Assembly (NCBI GenBank): GCA_050953885.1
Contig: JBMNNJ010000001.1
Coordinates: 463,437-527,436 of the forward strand
Direction of reading: 5' to 3'
Length of the DNA stretch: 64,000 nt
Origin: Patescibacteria group bacterium
Lineage (GTDB): Bacteria; Patescibacteriota; Microgenomatia; 0-14-0-10-38-17
Position 1 is the first letter of the stretch, and each line of letters begins with the position of its first letter. Below the pieces are notes generated by a model, which did no database searches, was not told the DNA's origin, and saw only the letters and a program-made list of their open reading frames with translations. Positions 8,645 to 19,524 of the stretch are shown here, piece by piece. The translations under genes and the position numbers were made by a program.

Positions 8645-8831
8645 GGCTTTAAAGCTTGATGCTTGAAACGCTTGAGGCTTGAATCGCTTGAATCGTTTAA
8701 TGTTTTTACGTTTCAAACGTCTCATGCATTACGAAAGTCAGGATCGGCTTTAAAGCTTGATGCTTGAAACGCTTGAGGCTTGAATCGCTTGAATCGTTTA
8801 ATGTTTTTACGTTTCAAACGTCTCATGCATT
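8630..8831. repeat. Perfect tandem duplication of a 101-bp unit with gcttga words
   Basis: The unit acgaaagtcaggatcggctttaaagcttgatgcttgaaacgcttgaggcttgaatcgcttgaatcgtttaatgtttttacgtttcaaacgtctcatgcatt occurs at 8630-8730 and again at 8731-8831. Confidence 0.85.
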
Positions 8832-9136
8832 TCAAGCATTTCACGCATGATTCTGAATCAAGTTCAGAATGACGTTAAATTATGGCTGTTATTCTGACGA
8901 ATCCGCCGGCTGGCCCTGCACCAGCACGGTATAGGGTTGGCAGGCAGGATCTATCTTAAGGAACAACGGACGATTCATTAATAATCACCATCATCCATTA
9001 TGATATGGGAAAAATACGAGAGGATACGGGAAAACAAACGAGAAGAAATCCTGTTCCCTCCCGTGTGCTTACTTTATTTTTCTATCCCGTTTCATCCTGT
9101 GTTATTTATAGCAGAAGCAAGCTTAATTAAACCACA

Positions 9137-9904
9137 CTAATCTGTTTTTGTCAAACCCCCCGCGCTTAAGACGGCAAAGTCAAAAAACGACGGCACCTGG
9201 GGCCAGCCTTGAAAAACAGAAATTTTTCTCACCACATCCCCCACTTTTGCTTCCGCTTCCACCGTTGTTCCCTGTCTGGGAAGAGGTTCCTTAGTAGTTA
9301 CCGTCAATTGCCGGGAAGGATCAGTACTATAAAAACGAACATTAACAAAATTTGCTCCTGCCGGCAGGTTATTAATAGTACCGCTTTTCGCCAAGCCTTG
9401 GCAACCTCCACCGCCCCCCAAATAATAACGCGCCACTTTATAACCGCTGCTTTGATAATAAACCGCCGCCTCAATGTTCTCCGCCCCCTCCCAGCAAAAA
9501 GTTAAAGCAGTGCCGCCATAACTGATATCAGCCGGAAAAATTCCTCCGTCCAAGGTAATGCTGTTGAGCCAAAAAGTGGTCGCCTGACCAGGAAAAATTT
9601 GCCGCTTGGTTACCTCCCCTGTTGGATCTTGGGTAACCTTAACTTCCGCCTCTTCCCCTCCAGGCTCAAGAGTAAGAAAATTCGGAAAATCCTGACCTGC
9701 CTCAATCGCTCTTAAGGCCTCCTCAATACCCGCCTCGGCGGCTTCAAAAGCCTTGCTGGAAGCGGTTTCTTTCTCGGAAATGGAGATATCGGTGGTGGTC
9801 CGCGCCACTAACGCCAGCCCGGTGGTAAGAGCCACCGATAAAACCAAAAGGATAATCAAAAGCGCCTGACCGGAAGATTTCCCTCCCCTGTTCATTAATA
9901 ACAA
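9137..9904 (-). CDS. PilX-N-like type IV pilus minor pilin/assembly protein
   Basis: The N-terminus GQALLIILLVLSVALTTGLALVA resembles the PilX_N hydrophobic segment. The rest is Gly/Thr-rich and predicted extracellular. Confidence 0.4.
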   Translation of the reverse strand: MLLMNRGGKSSGQALLIILLVLSVALTTGLALVARTTTDISISEKETASSKAFEAAEAGIEEALRAIEAGQDFPNFLTLEPGGEEAEVKVTQDPTGEVTKRQIFPGQATTFWLNSITLDGGIFPADISYGGTALTFCWEGAENIEAAVYYQSSGYKVARYYLGGGGGCQGLAKSGTINNLPAGANFVNVRFYSTDPSRQLTVTTKEPLPRQGTTVEAEAKVGDVVRKISVFQGWPQVPSFFDFAVLSAGGLTKTD

Positions 9905-10065
9905 GAATATAACAAAAAGAAGAGGGTGTCAAGCAAAAAGAGTATTAAGTATAAAAAAACTCAAATGGCAAATGTTAAAACTAAAAACTACAACTCAAAA
10001 CTTAAAACTTGCAAAATACATACACTTTGAAAAGATTTGACATTTGACATGTAGTTTTGAGTTTT

Positions 10066-10251
10066 GATCCGCCAGCTGGCGGACAGCATCATCCCCGTAG
10101 CTGTCATTCCTAAATTAAATTCAGGACAGGCTCTGACGAAAGTCAGGATCTGCGTTCTTTAGATATTAATAATAACGATTCTGAATCAAGTTCAGAATGA
10201 CGCTAATCGTAGCCGTTATTTTGACGAATCCGCCGGCGGGCGGATTGAGCT
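10066..10251. repeat. Type-3 composite element with terminal ccgccNgcNggcgg palindromes
   Basis: The order is ccgccagctggcgg, then catccccgtagctgtcat, cctaaattaaattcagg, gatc..gacgaaagtcaggatc and ctgaatcaagttcag, ending in ccgccggcgggcgg. Confidence 0.8.
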
Positions 10252-10760
10252 TTAACATTTGAGTTTTGAATTTATACTTCCGTTTTCCACAATAACTTTT
10301 TAAAACCCCAAAACCTCTCTTTTTGAAGCCAAAAATAGCAATTTATAAAACTACAGGATACGCTATTTTTAGGGTGTTTTTTTCTATAGGCTTGACAAAA
10401 GAAATCCCTTGTGATAATCTTAAAAATGATGAAGAAGGCAAAAGGGAATAGGACAAATAAAACAAATAAAAGCGGGGAGAAAGAAGCAAGCTTTTTCAAA
10501 ATGGCTTTTTTCCGTCAGCAGTTGGAGGCAATGAAAAAATTAGGGGGAGAATTAATTCTGCAGGAAGGATAAAAAAAGGGCAAAAAAAGAGCATCGCTAT
10601 CGCCGATTCCACTGGTGGGAAAACCCGATTAGCAATGCCCTTTTTTGACTAAAAGAGAATGGAAATTTGCTAAACTAAAGTTATTAAAAAGATAGCAAAA
10701 AAAGGAAAAAAAGTCAAGCCCGAAAATACAAAATAAATTAAGCAACTTACAAAAGTTGCT

Positions 10761-10802
10761 AAAAAAATGGGGGGTAGTGTGTTGGGCAGGCCACTACCTC
10801 CC
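10761..10802 (-). terminator. Putative intrinsic terminator at the 3' end of radA
   Basis: On the minus strand the hairpin gggaggtagtg...cactacccccc is followed by an 8-nt T-tract that overlaps the stop region. Confidence 0.5.
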
Positions 10803-12128
10803 ATTTTGGTTTAAAAACCCTATCGCCTCACTTAGCGAGTGAATATTTCCCGAGGAAAGAATTTCTTGATAGCCCAACCGTTTTGCCTCTTTAATCCGCC
10901 TCTCCTCTTCCCGTCCCGGTCGCACTTCTCCCAAAAGCCCCACCTCGCCAAAAGCAATTGTTTGGGGAGAAATAACTTTATTCTTATAAGAAGACCAAAG
11001 CGCCAAACAACAGGCCAAATCGATTCCCGGCTCCTCTACCCTAATCCCCCCGGCCACATTTAAAATCACGTCCTCTTTATAAAGCGGCAGGCGCAGATGC
11101 TTTTGTAAAATCGCCGTCATTAACTCCAAACGCTCCCAAGAAATCCCCTGCGCCAACCGCCGCGGCGAAGGAGAATAAGAAGGGGTCACAATCGCCTGAA
11201 TTTCCAAAACCAAGGGCCGGCTGCCTTCCAAAACCATTGTTCTGGCCGCCCCGCTGGCATAGACCCCATTGGGGGTAAGAAAAGCCGCCGCCGCCTCTTT
11301 AACCGGCGCCAGCCCTTTTTCCTCCATTTTCAAAATTCCCACCTCGCCGGTAGGGCCAAAACGATTCTTGGTGTCTCGCAAAAGACGGATTTGACCATAG
11401 GGTTCTCCCTCAAAATAAATCACCGTGTCCACTGCATGTTCCAAAATTTTAGGGCCGGCAATCGCGCCTTCTTTAGTGACATGCCCCACTAAAAAAAGCG
11501 GCGTTTGACTGCCTTTAGCCCAAGAAATCAAGCGACCGGCGCACTCTCTTACTTGGCCCACCGAACCGGCACTGCCGGCTAAGCAGGCGGCGGTCATCGT
11601 TTGAATCGAGTCAACAATTACTAAAGCAGGCTTTTCCTTCTCAAGACTTTGGATAACCGCGTCAACATCGGTTTCCGGTAAAAGCATTAGATTTTGCCCC
11701 AAAAACCCCAAGCGGTTGGCCCGCAATTTAATCTGCGAAGGCGATTCCTCACCGCAAACATAAAAAACAACTTGGCGCGGATTTTTGACAGATTGACGCC
11801 GCTGTGAATAACAAGCGGCCATTTGTAAAAGCAGAGTTGACTTGCCAATGCCGGGCTCACCAGCCAGCAAAACCACCCCGCCGGCCACCAACCCCCCTCC
11901 CAAAACCCGATCCAGCTCTTCAAAGCCCGTTGGGGTTTTCTCTTTCTCCTGAAGACTAATCTTGTCAAGGCCGATCATCGCCGTGGCCGGTCTCCTGCTT
12001 CCTTTTCTGTTGGCCGGCTCTATTTTTTGGGTTTCAACCAAGCTATTCCACTCCTGGCAAGAAGGACAACGACCTAACCACTTCGGGGATTCATAACCAC
12101 AATTTTGACAAACAAAAACCGATTTCAT
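10794..12128 (-). CDS. radA: DNA repair protein RadA/Sms
   Basis: It has an N-terminal C4 zinc finger (CQNCGYESPKWLGRCPSCQEWNS), the Walker A motif GEPGIGKST, the KNRFG motif, and a C-terminal Lon-like domain. Confidence 0.9.
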   Translation of the reverse strand: MKSVFVCQNCGYESPKWLGRCPSCQEWNSLVETQKIEPANRKGSRRPATAMIGLDKISLQEKEKTPTGFEELDRVLGGGLVAGGVVLLAGEPGIGKSTLLLQMAACYSQRRQSVKNPRQVVFYVCGEESPSQIKLRANRLGFLGQNLMLLPETDVDAVIQSLEKEKPALVIVDSIQTMTAACLAGSAGSVGQVRECAGRLISWAKGSQTPLFLVGHVTKEGAIAGPKILEHAVDTVIYFEGEPYGQIRLLRDTKNRFGPTGEVGILKMEEKGLAPVKEAAAAFLTPNGVYASGAARTMVLEGSRPLVLEIQAIVTPSYSPSPRRLAQGISWERLELMTAILQKHLRLPLYKEDVILNVAGGIRVEEPGIDLACCLALWSSYKNKVISPQTIAFGEVGLLGEVRPGREEERRIKEAKRLGYQEILSSGNIHSLSEAIGFLNQNGR

Positions 12129-12206
12129 TAATTCAGCGAATTAACACGAATGGGAAACGAAAAAAAATCAAAAGTCAAAAGTTAAAAGTCAAAATTACAA
12201 ATACAA

Positions 12207-12312
12207 TTCTGTAGGGGCGGACCTATGTGTCCGCCCGTCAAAGGGTCCGTACTGCTTATTTAAAACCATTAATCGGGTCGACACATGGGTCGACCCCTAC
12301 AAATTCCTTTGA
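12207..12312. repeat. Type-4 conserved dyad element, copy 1
   Basis: The sequence is ctgtaggggcggacctatgtgtccgcccgtcaaagggtccgtACTGCTTAtttaaaaccattaatcgggtcgacacatgggtcgacccctacaa. Confidence 0.8.
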
Positions 12313-12322
12313 ATTTTGAATT

Positions 12323-13453
12323 TTACTTGTACCCTACCGGCTTGGCCTTAAGAACCAGCCCCAAGCTTAAACGCCGGTTTTGGGGATCAGCGGCTTCCAC
12401 CACACAAGCGACTTTGTCTCCCACCTTTGCTTTTTGCCCCACCGGAATTTTTGACTGGTGTACCAGTCCTTCCACCCCTTCCTCCAAGGTTACCAACCAA
12501 CCATAAGGAGTAATTTTACTAATCTTGCCGGTGATCTCTTTATCAACCGGATATTTTTTGGCCACCTTCTCCCACGGATCTTCCGTTAGCTGTTTTAAGG
12601 AAAGCTGTAGTCTCTGCCCTTCTTTGCCCAAAACCTTTACCTTAATCTCCTCTCCCTTTTGATACTTCCCCCCTAAATTATCAACTTTACCCCAAGAAAT
12701 TTCCGAAATATGCACCAAGCCCTCAATTTTGGCCTTCCCTTTTTCAACTTCCACAAACAAACCATAAGGGGCAACTTTTATTATTTTTGCCGGTAAAACA
12801 TCTCCTTTTTTAATCCCCGCCATTACCTTTTCCTCCCGCAAAACCTCCTCTTCTTCAGAAACCGCCCGTTCCGAGAAAACCAACCGATTTTTCCCCTCAT
12901 CCACTTCCACCACCTTCACCTTAAACTTTTGCCCTAAAAGTTCTTTTTCTTTCCCCAACCATTTTTCCCCTAAAAGAGAATTGGGAATAAAACCCATTAA
13001 AGAAAAGGGGGCTTCCACCAAAACACCCGAAGCAACAATATCGTGCCCCACCACCTCAATTGCCTCTCCACTTTCTTGTTTTTCCTCAAAGAATTTCCAA
13101 GCATGGCGTTGAACCTGATCGCGAAGACTGACTAAAATTTGTCCCCGAGCATCTTCGGGGCTGCCAACCACCACTTCCACCTTATCCCCTTCCTTAAGAG
13201 TCGCTAAGTAATCATGGGCTCTTTTTAATTCTTCTCCAAAAATGACCCCCTCGGTTTTGCCTCCCAAGTCAAAATAAATTTTTTTGGGGGTAATTTGGGA
13301 AATCGTGGCTCTTACGTGGTCTCCTCTTTTGAAAGCCCGAAAGGCGTCCTCTTTTTTCTTAAGAAGATCGGCCATCGTTAGGGCCCCGGAAGAATAATTT
13401 TCCTTAAGCGCTTTTTTAGCGGTCTTTTTTTTCTTGGTTGAAGTTTTTGCCAT
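12323..13453 (-). CDS. rpsA: 30S ribosomal protein S1-like (short form with 4 S1 domains)
   Basis: There are repeated S1 OB-fold signatures (GxV.G.V.....G.FV). The N-terminus is Lys-rich. Confidence 0.7.
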   Translation of the reverse strand: MAKTSTKKKKTAKKALKENYSSGALTMADLLKKKEDAFRAFKRGDHVRATISQITPKKIYFDLGGKTEGVIFGEELKRAHDYLATLKEGDKVEVVVGSPEDARGQILVSLRDQVQRHAWKFFEEKQESGEAIEVVGHDIVASGVLVEAPFSLMGFIPNSLLGEKWLGKEKELLGQKFKVKVVEVDEGKNRLVFSERAVSEEEEVLREEKVMAGIKKGDVLPAKIIKVAPYGLFVEVEKGKAKIEGLVHISEISWGKVDNLGGKYQKGEEIKVKVLGKEGQRLQLSLKQLTEDPWEKVAKKYPVDKEITGKISKITPYGWLVTLEEGVEGLVHQSKIPVGQKAKVGDKVACVVEAADPQNRRLSLGLVLKAKPVGYK

Positions 13454-13550
13454 TCATCCTGCCTCCTTTTTTTATAAGATTATAAAGAATTATAACATAA
13501 AAAAATACATTATTAAACTGCTAAACTGTTAAATTGTTAAACTGTTGCCG

Positions 13551-13740
13551 GTGACAGACAAATGCAAATCTCAAATCGCAAATCTCAAAACTCAAAACTA
13601 CAACTCAAAACTCAAAACGCAAATGGCAAATCTACATGTTAAATGTTAAAACTTTTTTAAAGTTTAAAGTTGTTTTTTTTAGATTTGAGTTTTAACATGT
13701 AGTTTTGAGTTTTGCGATTTAACATTTGAGTTTATTTTTC
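13551..13740. repeat. Type-2 word hairpin (ctcaaaa / cgcaaat / ctacatgttaaa words) with an aaacttttttaaag loop
   Basis: The left arm caaatgcaaatctcaaatcgcaaatctcaaaactcaaaactacaactc...gcaaatctacatgttaaatgttaaaac pairs with the right arm gttttaacatgtagttttgagttttgcgatttaacatttgagttt. Confidence 0.75.
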
Positions 13741-13743
13741 GTT

Positions 13744-14721
13744 TCAATTCGTGTCTTCTCCCTCCACCCACTCCCTAATCTCCTCCCAATCCCCCGCTTT
13801 TGGCTCAAAAACCCAAAGACCATATTTTGACACCGGCGGGGTGGTTAAAAACTCTGCCGGCAAAGAAAGAAATTCAAAAGAAATTTTGTTTTTAAGATAA
13901 GCCTCACCCAAACGCAATAAAACCGGCGCAGGCAAGTCTTTCTCTAAGTTATTATAAAAACGATAAAGCTGACCAGAAAAAGCCGGCTCTTTTAAGAGAC
14001 TAAAAGAACTGACCTTTGCCAAGACCGCTTCCACCACCTGAAGCTGGCGCCGATTGCGCGCCAAATCATTACCTTCATCGGGGTTAGCGCTTTTTCGGGA
14101 ACGAATGTATTGCAAGGTCCTTTCGCCATTCATCAGCTGTTTTCCTTCCTCAAAGCGAATCGTCGTCGTTTGGCCAGAACCATCATCAAGAGGATAGGCA
14201 TCATCTTCAAAAGCTTCAACTACCTCAACCTCAATTCCCCCCAACAAATCAATTAATTCCGAAATTTTGTCAAAATTTAATAAAATTGAATAATTTATTT
14301 CCTCGCCGGTAATCGCTCTAACATTTTCCTTAATTAAATAGGTAGGATCAGCGGGGTTAGTTTTTTTACCATAATAATAAAGAGCGTTTATTTTCGTGGC
14401 TAAATCAGAAATCCATAAATCGCGAGGAAGAGAAAGAAAGCTGATTTTTCCCCTTGAAGGCCTGGCCATACCAAGAATAATCGTATCGGTTAAAAGCGTT
14501 TTCTCTCCCGGCCGGCTATCAAGCCCTAAAACCAAAAAATTAAAATCCTCAAATTGGGTATTTTTTGTGGCCAAAAGAAGTTGTTTTAAATCATTATTGG
14601 TAATACCCGCCGCTTTAGTAAACTCGGAAACATACCAATAAGAAAAAGAGAAAAGAACCAGAAGAGAAAAAAGAAAAAGAACCAAAAGAGAGTAAAGGAA
14701 GATTTTAAGGGGCTTGGGCAT
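13744..14721 (-). CDS. LytR-CpsA-Psr (LCP) family protein
   Basis: It has an N-terminal TM segment. LCP core motifs are present: LVLGLDSRPGE...RTDTIIL-like TLLTDTIILGMARP...ISFLSLPRDLW. Confidence 0.75.
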   Translation of the reverse strand: MPKPLKIFLYSLLVLFLFSLLVLFSFSYWYVSEFTKAAGITNNDLKQLLLATKNTQFEDFNFLVLGLDSRPGEKTLLTDTIILGMARPSRGKISFLSLPRDLWISDLATKINALYYYGKKTNPADPTYLIKENVRAITGEEINYSILLNFDKISELIDLLGGIEVEVVEAFEDDAYPLDDGSGQTTTIRFEEGKQLMNGERTLQYIRSRKSANPDEGNDLARNRRQLQVVEAVLAKVSSFSLLKEPAFSGQLYRFYNNLEKDLPAPVLLRLGEAYLKNKISFEFLSLPAEFLTTPPVSKYGLWVFEPKAGDWEEIREWVEGEDTN

Positions 14722-14740
14722 GGATGTAAAAATTCAAAAT

Positions 14741-14945
14741 TCAATCCGCCCGCGGGCGGGTTGAGTTGTAGTTTTAATCCGCCGCCTGGCGGACAGAATC
14801 ATCCCCATAGCTGTCATCCTGACGAAAGTCAGGATCTGGCTGATTCTGAATCAAGTTCAGAATGACGCTAATCGTGGCCGTCATTCCTGAATTAAATTCA
14901 GGACAGGTTCTGACGAATCCGCCAGCTGGCGGGTTGAATTTTAAC
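14741..14945. repeat. Type-3 composite element, the inverted arrangement of the 10066-10251 type
   Basis: The modules are ccgcccgcgggcgg, ccgccgcctggcgg, catccccatagctgtcat, gacgaaagtcaggatc, ctgaatcaagttcag, cctgaattaaattcagg and ccgccagctggcgg. Confidence 0.8.
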
Positions 14946-14964
14946 TTTTGACTTTGCAACAAGT

Positions 14965-15086
14965 GGTTCCCGGCAATGACCTATTTTCCCCCACCTTGCG
15001 GCGGGGTATCGTCAGCGCTGTCGCGTTTCACGACTCTGTTCGGAATGGGAAGAGGTGGGACCACGACGCTCCAATCACCGGGAACC
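14965..15086 (-). rRNA. rrf: 5S rRNA
   Basis: The reverse complement matches the 5S consensus GGTCCCACCT..TTCCGAAC..GTGAAACG..GCGCTGA. Helix I is closed by ggttcccgg/ccgggaacc. Confidence 0.75.
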
Positions 15087-15431
15087 AAATTTTAAAACTT
15101 ATCTTTAATAAGAGTAGGAAAGAGCATCTTTAAAATGCCGAAAACCATTAGTACCGGTCAGCTTAATTTGTTGCCAAACTTACACCTCCGGCCTATCAAC
15201 CAGGTAGTCTCCCTGGGGTCTTAAAGACTCTTCATCTTGGGATCGGTTTCCCGCTTGAGATGCTTTCAGCGGTTATCCAAAACAAACATAGCTACCCAGC
15301 ATTGCGGCTGATGCCACAACTGGACCACCAGAGGTTTGCCCATCCCAGTCCTCTCGTACTAGGGACAGATTCCCTCAAGAATCAAAACGGTTACTGCGGA
15401 TAGAGACCAAGCTGTCTTACGCATATTATCC

Positions 15432-16176
15432 CTCTATTACTAGAGGTATAGACTATATCACCACCCCGCCATAACGGGGGTTTGGCGTATTATAATGGCG
15501 TTAATTTTTAAGATTATCTTCTTAAAGATTTATCTTAAACAGCCACTATCTAGTTTTTATTAAAAAACTAAGTCGTTACGGGGACAATAATTTGCTCTTT
15601 ACCAAATATTTTTTCACTGTTATGGAAGTAATTGTTCTTTTCTTGGAATAATTAAGAAAAGAAAAACCATCAATATCCTTAGCGATTTTCATGAGCATTT
15701 CCGGCGAGTAATCTCTAGCATTATGAGGATATTTTTTGATTATCCCTAATGATAGTTTTGCCTGGTCATGCTTAATCCTTAAGTAAGGATATAATGCTTC
15801 CAAAACCTCTTCGACAGCCTTGAAGCCAACAATGTTATACTCGCAAATGCCATCATTGCGATCGCGAATATAACCATACTTTAGCTTCTCTTTCAACCAT
15901 AACAGAAACCAACGATACTTTTTATTTTGATAAAAAATAACGCTGGCTTTAACCTGAAAACCAAGACGGTAATCCGATTTCTTAATAAGTTGAAAAAGAA
16001 TACAACCATCACCATCTAAAAATCCGGCGATGTAGGCTTTATCTTTGTCTAGCATAATATTGTCTTCCCTCGGTGTTGTCCTTTGTCGACCAGCTTAAAA
16101 TCAACAAGGATTTCACCGATATTAGCCAAATTTATCTATCATATTACTACGATAGAGCGCAGTATTCTACGCTTTG
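15432..16176 (-). mobile_element. Group I-type intron in 23S domain V, near E. coli position 2593, encoding a LAGLIDADG endonuclease
   Basis: The exon sequence GAGCTGGGTT is interrupted. The exon resumes with GCGTAAGACAGCTTGGTC, which corresponds to CGTGAGACAGTTCGGTC. ORF 15576..16055 lies entirely inside the insertion. Confidence 0.6.
15576..16055 (-). CDS. LAGLIDADG homing endonuclease (single-motif)
   Basis: The motif [13 protein letters not shown] is present and the ORF is located inside the 23S insertion. Confidence 0.8.
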   Translation of the reverse strand: MLDKDKAYIAGFLDGDGCILFQLIKKSDYRLGFQVKASVIFYQNKKYRWFLLWLKEKLKYGYIRDRNDGICEYNIVGFKAVEEVLEALYPYLRIKHDQAKLSLGIIKKYPHNARDYSPEMLMKIAKDIDGFSFLNYSKKRTITSITVKKYLVKSKLLSP

Positions 16177-16670
16177 AACCCAGCTCACGTAGGTTTTTAA
16201 TGGGCGAACAGTCCAACCCTTGGGGGCTTCTTCACCCCCAGGTTAACCTGAGCCGACATCGAGGTCGCGAACTGGCCCGTCGATATGTACTCTTGGGACC
16301 AACCACGCTGTTATCCCCGGGGTAGCTTTTATCCGTTAAGCCCCGACCCTTCCACGCGGTATCGGGGGATCACTAAGACCTGCTTTCGCATCTGCTCGAC
16401 CCGTCGGTCTTGCAGTTAAGCTGGCTTTTGCCTTTGCACTTTACTCGCGGTTTCCATCCGCAAGAAGCCAACCTTTGTACGCTCGCGTTACCTTTTAGCA
16501 AGCGACTGCCCCAGTCAAACTGCCCACCAGACACTGTCCTAGTTTGCGTTTCCAGCAAACATTAGTCAGAATTGTTATTTCCAAAGAGAGGTGTTTCATT
16601 GTTGCCCCGCCAAAAGGCGGGGCTCCCTCCTACGCTAAACAATTGGAAATAACTCCTCAATATCAAGTTG

Positions 16671-16702
<32 letters not shown>

Positions 16703-16829
16703 AGTAACTAGGCCGCATCTTCACAGCCATTTCAATTTCGCCGAGTAGAGGTTTGTAGACAGTTGCTTGGTCGTTGGGTCTTTCATACCGGTCGGAACTC
16801 ACCCGACAAAGGACTTCGCTCAAAACTAA

Positions 16830-17478
16830 TTGAGTTTTGGACTATATCTTATCGCCTAAGGCGATTCTAGCGTATAGTCTCTGGGGATTCTAAAAAAAAT
16901 GGTCTTCTCTTCCTAGTATTCATCGTTTCGATTATTTTAACAATCTTTCTTACCCCTTCTAAATGAAGATGTTCACTATTTTCCATTAAGGACAACACTT
17001 GAGAAAATTTCTCAAAATCATCCCTTTTAGATGTTTTAAGGGGATATTGTTTGAAGAAAGGGATAATTATTTCCCTTAATTCTTTTTGGGATCGGACACA
17101 ATAACGATAAAGATCTTCTTTATGGTTATCATCCCTTCTATTAACAAAAAGAGAACCACAACCGAAAAAGTTTTTCATTACTTTTAGGGCTTGTTTACTC
17201 TTTTCCCCTTGAGTGACGATGAACTCCGGCATAATCTGCCAATCGGAAGAAGTAGTCGGATTTTTATGAAGGCTAATTGTAAAACAGCCTTCACCGTCAA
17301 CAAACCCAACTATCCAACCAATTATTTTTAGTCTTTCCTGCTGATTGCCTCTACTGGAAGAATTTTTACTTGGCATAAAAATGACAATTTAATTATGCCA
17401 GAGTATCTCCAGAATAACAAGGTTTTCCAGCATATAGCTAGATTTTACTACGGCAGTGTTTAATGTCCTTACCGTAGA
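16830..17478 (-). mobile_element. Group I-type intron in 23S domain IV, near E. coli positions 1917-1931, encoding a LAGLIDADG endonuclease
   Basis: On one side the exon block ...GAAGCCCCGGTGAACGGCAGCAGTAACTCTAAC is present. On the other side the exon resumes with ...GCGAAGTCCTTTGTCGGGTGAGTTCCGACC. The boundaries are approximate. Confidence 0.5.
16867..17376 (-). CDS. LAGLIDADG homing endonuclease
   Basis: The motif IIGWIVGFVDGEGCF is present and the ORF lies inside the second 23S insertion. Confidence 0.8.
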   Translation of the reverse strand: MPSKNSSSRGNQQERLKIIGWIVGFVDGEGCFTISLHKNPTTSSDWQIMPEFIVTQGEKSKQALKVMKNFFGCGSLFVNRRDDNHKEDLYRYCVRSQKELREIIIPFFKQYPLKTSKRDDFEKFSQVLSLMENSEHLHLEGVRKIVKIIETMNTRKRRPFFLESPETIR

Positions 17479-17479
17479 A

Positions 17480-17640
17480 CAGTTAGAGTTACTGCTGCCG
17501 TTCACCGGGGCTTCAGTTCCTCGCCCCCTGGGCGAGAATAACAATTTCCGCTGATTAAAAACAGATTTCCACAGATAAATCCGTGTTAATCCGCTCAAAA
17601 ATCCGCGTTAATCCGTTATTCTTGTCCAGAGGACAAGGTT
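17480..17640. repeat. 23S expansion segment built from cggattaac words, about 100 nt longer than the corresponding region after E. coli position 1852
   Basis: The words cggattaacgcgg / gagcggattaacacgg repeat after the conserved block GGAAGGTTAA. Confidence 0.5.
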
Positions 17641-17751
17641 CCTTAACCTTCCGGCACTGGGCAGACTTCAGCCCCTATACCTCCTCTTTTAGGAGTTTGC
17701 AGAGACCTGTGTTTTTGGTAAACAGTCGCCAAGCAGTCTTTTGTTGTAGCC

Positions 17752-17885
17752 CGCCTCGCGCTCCGCGCGAGGAAATCCGAATTTCTAAACCCGAAACCCG
17801 AAACAAATCACAATTTTTCAAATCCGCCCGCTGGCGGATTGAATTTGTTTCTAATTTCGTTATTCGTGCTTTCGAATTTCCTTGT
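17752..17885. repeat. Hairpin insertion in 23S made of ccgaaa/tttcg words around the core palindrome ccgcccgctggcgg
   Basis: The left arm ggaaatccgaatttctaaacccgaaacccgaaacaa pairs with the right arm ttgtttctaatttcgttattcgtgctttcgaatttcc. The core is the same as in the intergenic type-3 elements. Confidence 0.6.
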
Positions 17886-19167
17886 GCGAAGTACAAGGCA
17901 GGCAGGGCATCTTGCGAACTTACGCCCAGCTTTTTTGCCTAGTTCCTTAAACCTCTTTCTCTCGCTCGCCTTGGTCTACTCGACCTGCCCACCAGTGTTG
18001 GTTTTGGGTACGGTTTTTGCCTGTTCTTGCCGCGACAATTTTCTCGGAAGCCAAAATCACCCAACGCTTTTTTCCTTTTGGGAAAAAAGGCCATCACGGC
18101 TCGGGTTAAAACAAACTAATGGATTTTCCTATTAGCTCTACCTTGCCGTTTAGACAGGAAATCATTAACCTGCTCGGGTTATCTGGCTTCGTCCTGCCCC
18201 AGCTGATAACGAACAAACAAAAGTACAGGAATATTAACCTGTTGGCCATCGCCTACTCCGCCTAAAACAGCGGACTGAGCTTAGGACCGACTAACCCTCC
18301 GTCGACGAACGTTGCGGAGGAAACCTTAGGCATTCGGCGGCCCGGATTCTCACCGGACTTTCTCGCTACTCATACCGGCATTCTCACTCCCCGACGCTCC
18401 ACCCTCGCCTTACGGAAGGGCTTCACCGCCTCGGGGACGCTCCCCTACCATCCGCCAAAGGCGGATCTGGGACTTCGGTAGATAGCTTATCCTCGATCAT
18501 CTTCGGCGCTAATTTTCATCCGCCAGTGAGCTGTTACGCTTTCTTTAAAGGATGGCTGCCTCTAAGCCAACCTCCTGGGTGTCTTTGAAAATTAACTTCC
18601 TTCAAAAACTTAGCTATCATTTAGAGACCTTATTCGCCAGTCTGGGTTGTTTCCCTCTCGCCCTATCAGCTTAGCCCGATAGGACTGACTCCTTGTTCTT
18701 TTATCTTTGTATTCGGAGTTTGGTTGAAATAAATAGCTTGCGCCACTTATTCCATCCAGTGCTCTACCCCAAAGTAAAAATAAACAAGGGCTATGCCTAT
18801 ACATATTTCGGGGAGAACCAGCTATCACCAAGCTCGATTGGCATATTACCCCTAACCACAAGTCATCCAAACCTTTTGCAGCAGATACTGGTGCGGGCCT
18901 CCCCCCGTCTTTCGACAGGATTCACCCTGCTCATGGTTAGCTCGCTTGGTTTCGGGTCTTCCGCCATTTCTCCTCCAGAAAAAACTGGAAACGCGCTTTT
19001 CACACTCGCTTTCGCTTTGCCTCCCCCCGCTTAGCGGGGTTAGACCAAGAAACAGCGGGAACTCACCGGTTCATTCTTCAATAGGCACGGAATCACCCCG
19101 CCAAGGCGGGGCTTTTCCTGTTTGTTAGCAAATGGTTTCAGGTTCTTTTTCACTCCCCTTCCGGGGA

Positions 19168-19207
<40 letters not shown>

Positions 19208-19524
19208 TAGCAAGAGTATTTAGCCTTATCCCGTGGTCGGGACAGATTCGCACAAAGTTTCTTCCCTTGTGTTACTTGGGTACTAGGTTCATTCTTCTCT
19301 GGTTTTGTGTACCAGACTTTCACTGTCTTTGGTTATTTATTCCAAAATATTCCACTACCAAAAAAGAATGAATAATCCTAGCCCCGCAACCCCCACCTTG
19401 TGCGAAGCACAAGGTAAGTTTAGGCTTTTCCGTTTTCGCTCGCCGCTACTTGCGGAATCACTTTCGTTTTCTTATCCTTCGGGTACTTGAATGTTTTCTT
19501 CCCCCGAGTTCCCTCACGCCGCTT

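Noticed and set aside
8630-8831. The 101-bp tandem repeat as a CRISPR-like or iteron array
   Set aside because: There are only two copies, they are perfectly identical, and there are no interspersed unique spacers. A simple tandem duplication explains it.
9905-10793. A coding gene in the 890-bp gap between the pilX-like gene and radA (ORF 10272-10499 and others)
   Set aside because: The gap contains only short ORFs of Phe/Lys-rich low complexity that overlap repeat and A-rich sequence. The region is better explained as a type-2 plus type-3 repeat composite followed by the radA terminator.
14774-14962. Small ORFs 14774-14962, 50750-50950 and 7211-7462 encoding the DPDFRQDD peptide
   Set aside because: They lie entirely inside type-3 repeat elements. 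The shared peptide is the translation of the palindromic word gatcctgactttcgtcaggatgac.
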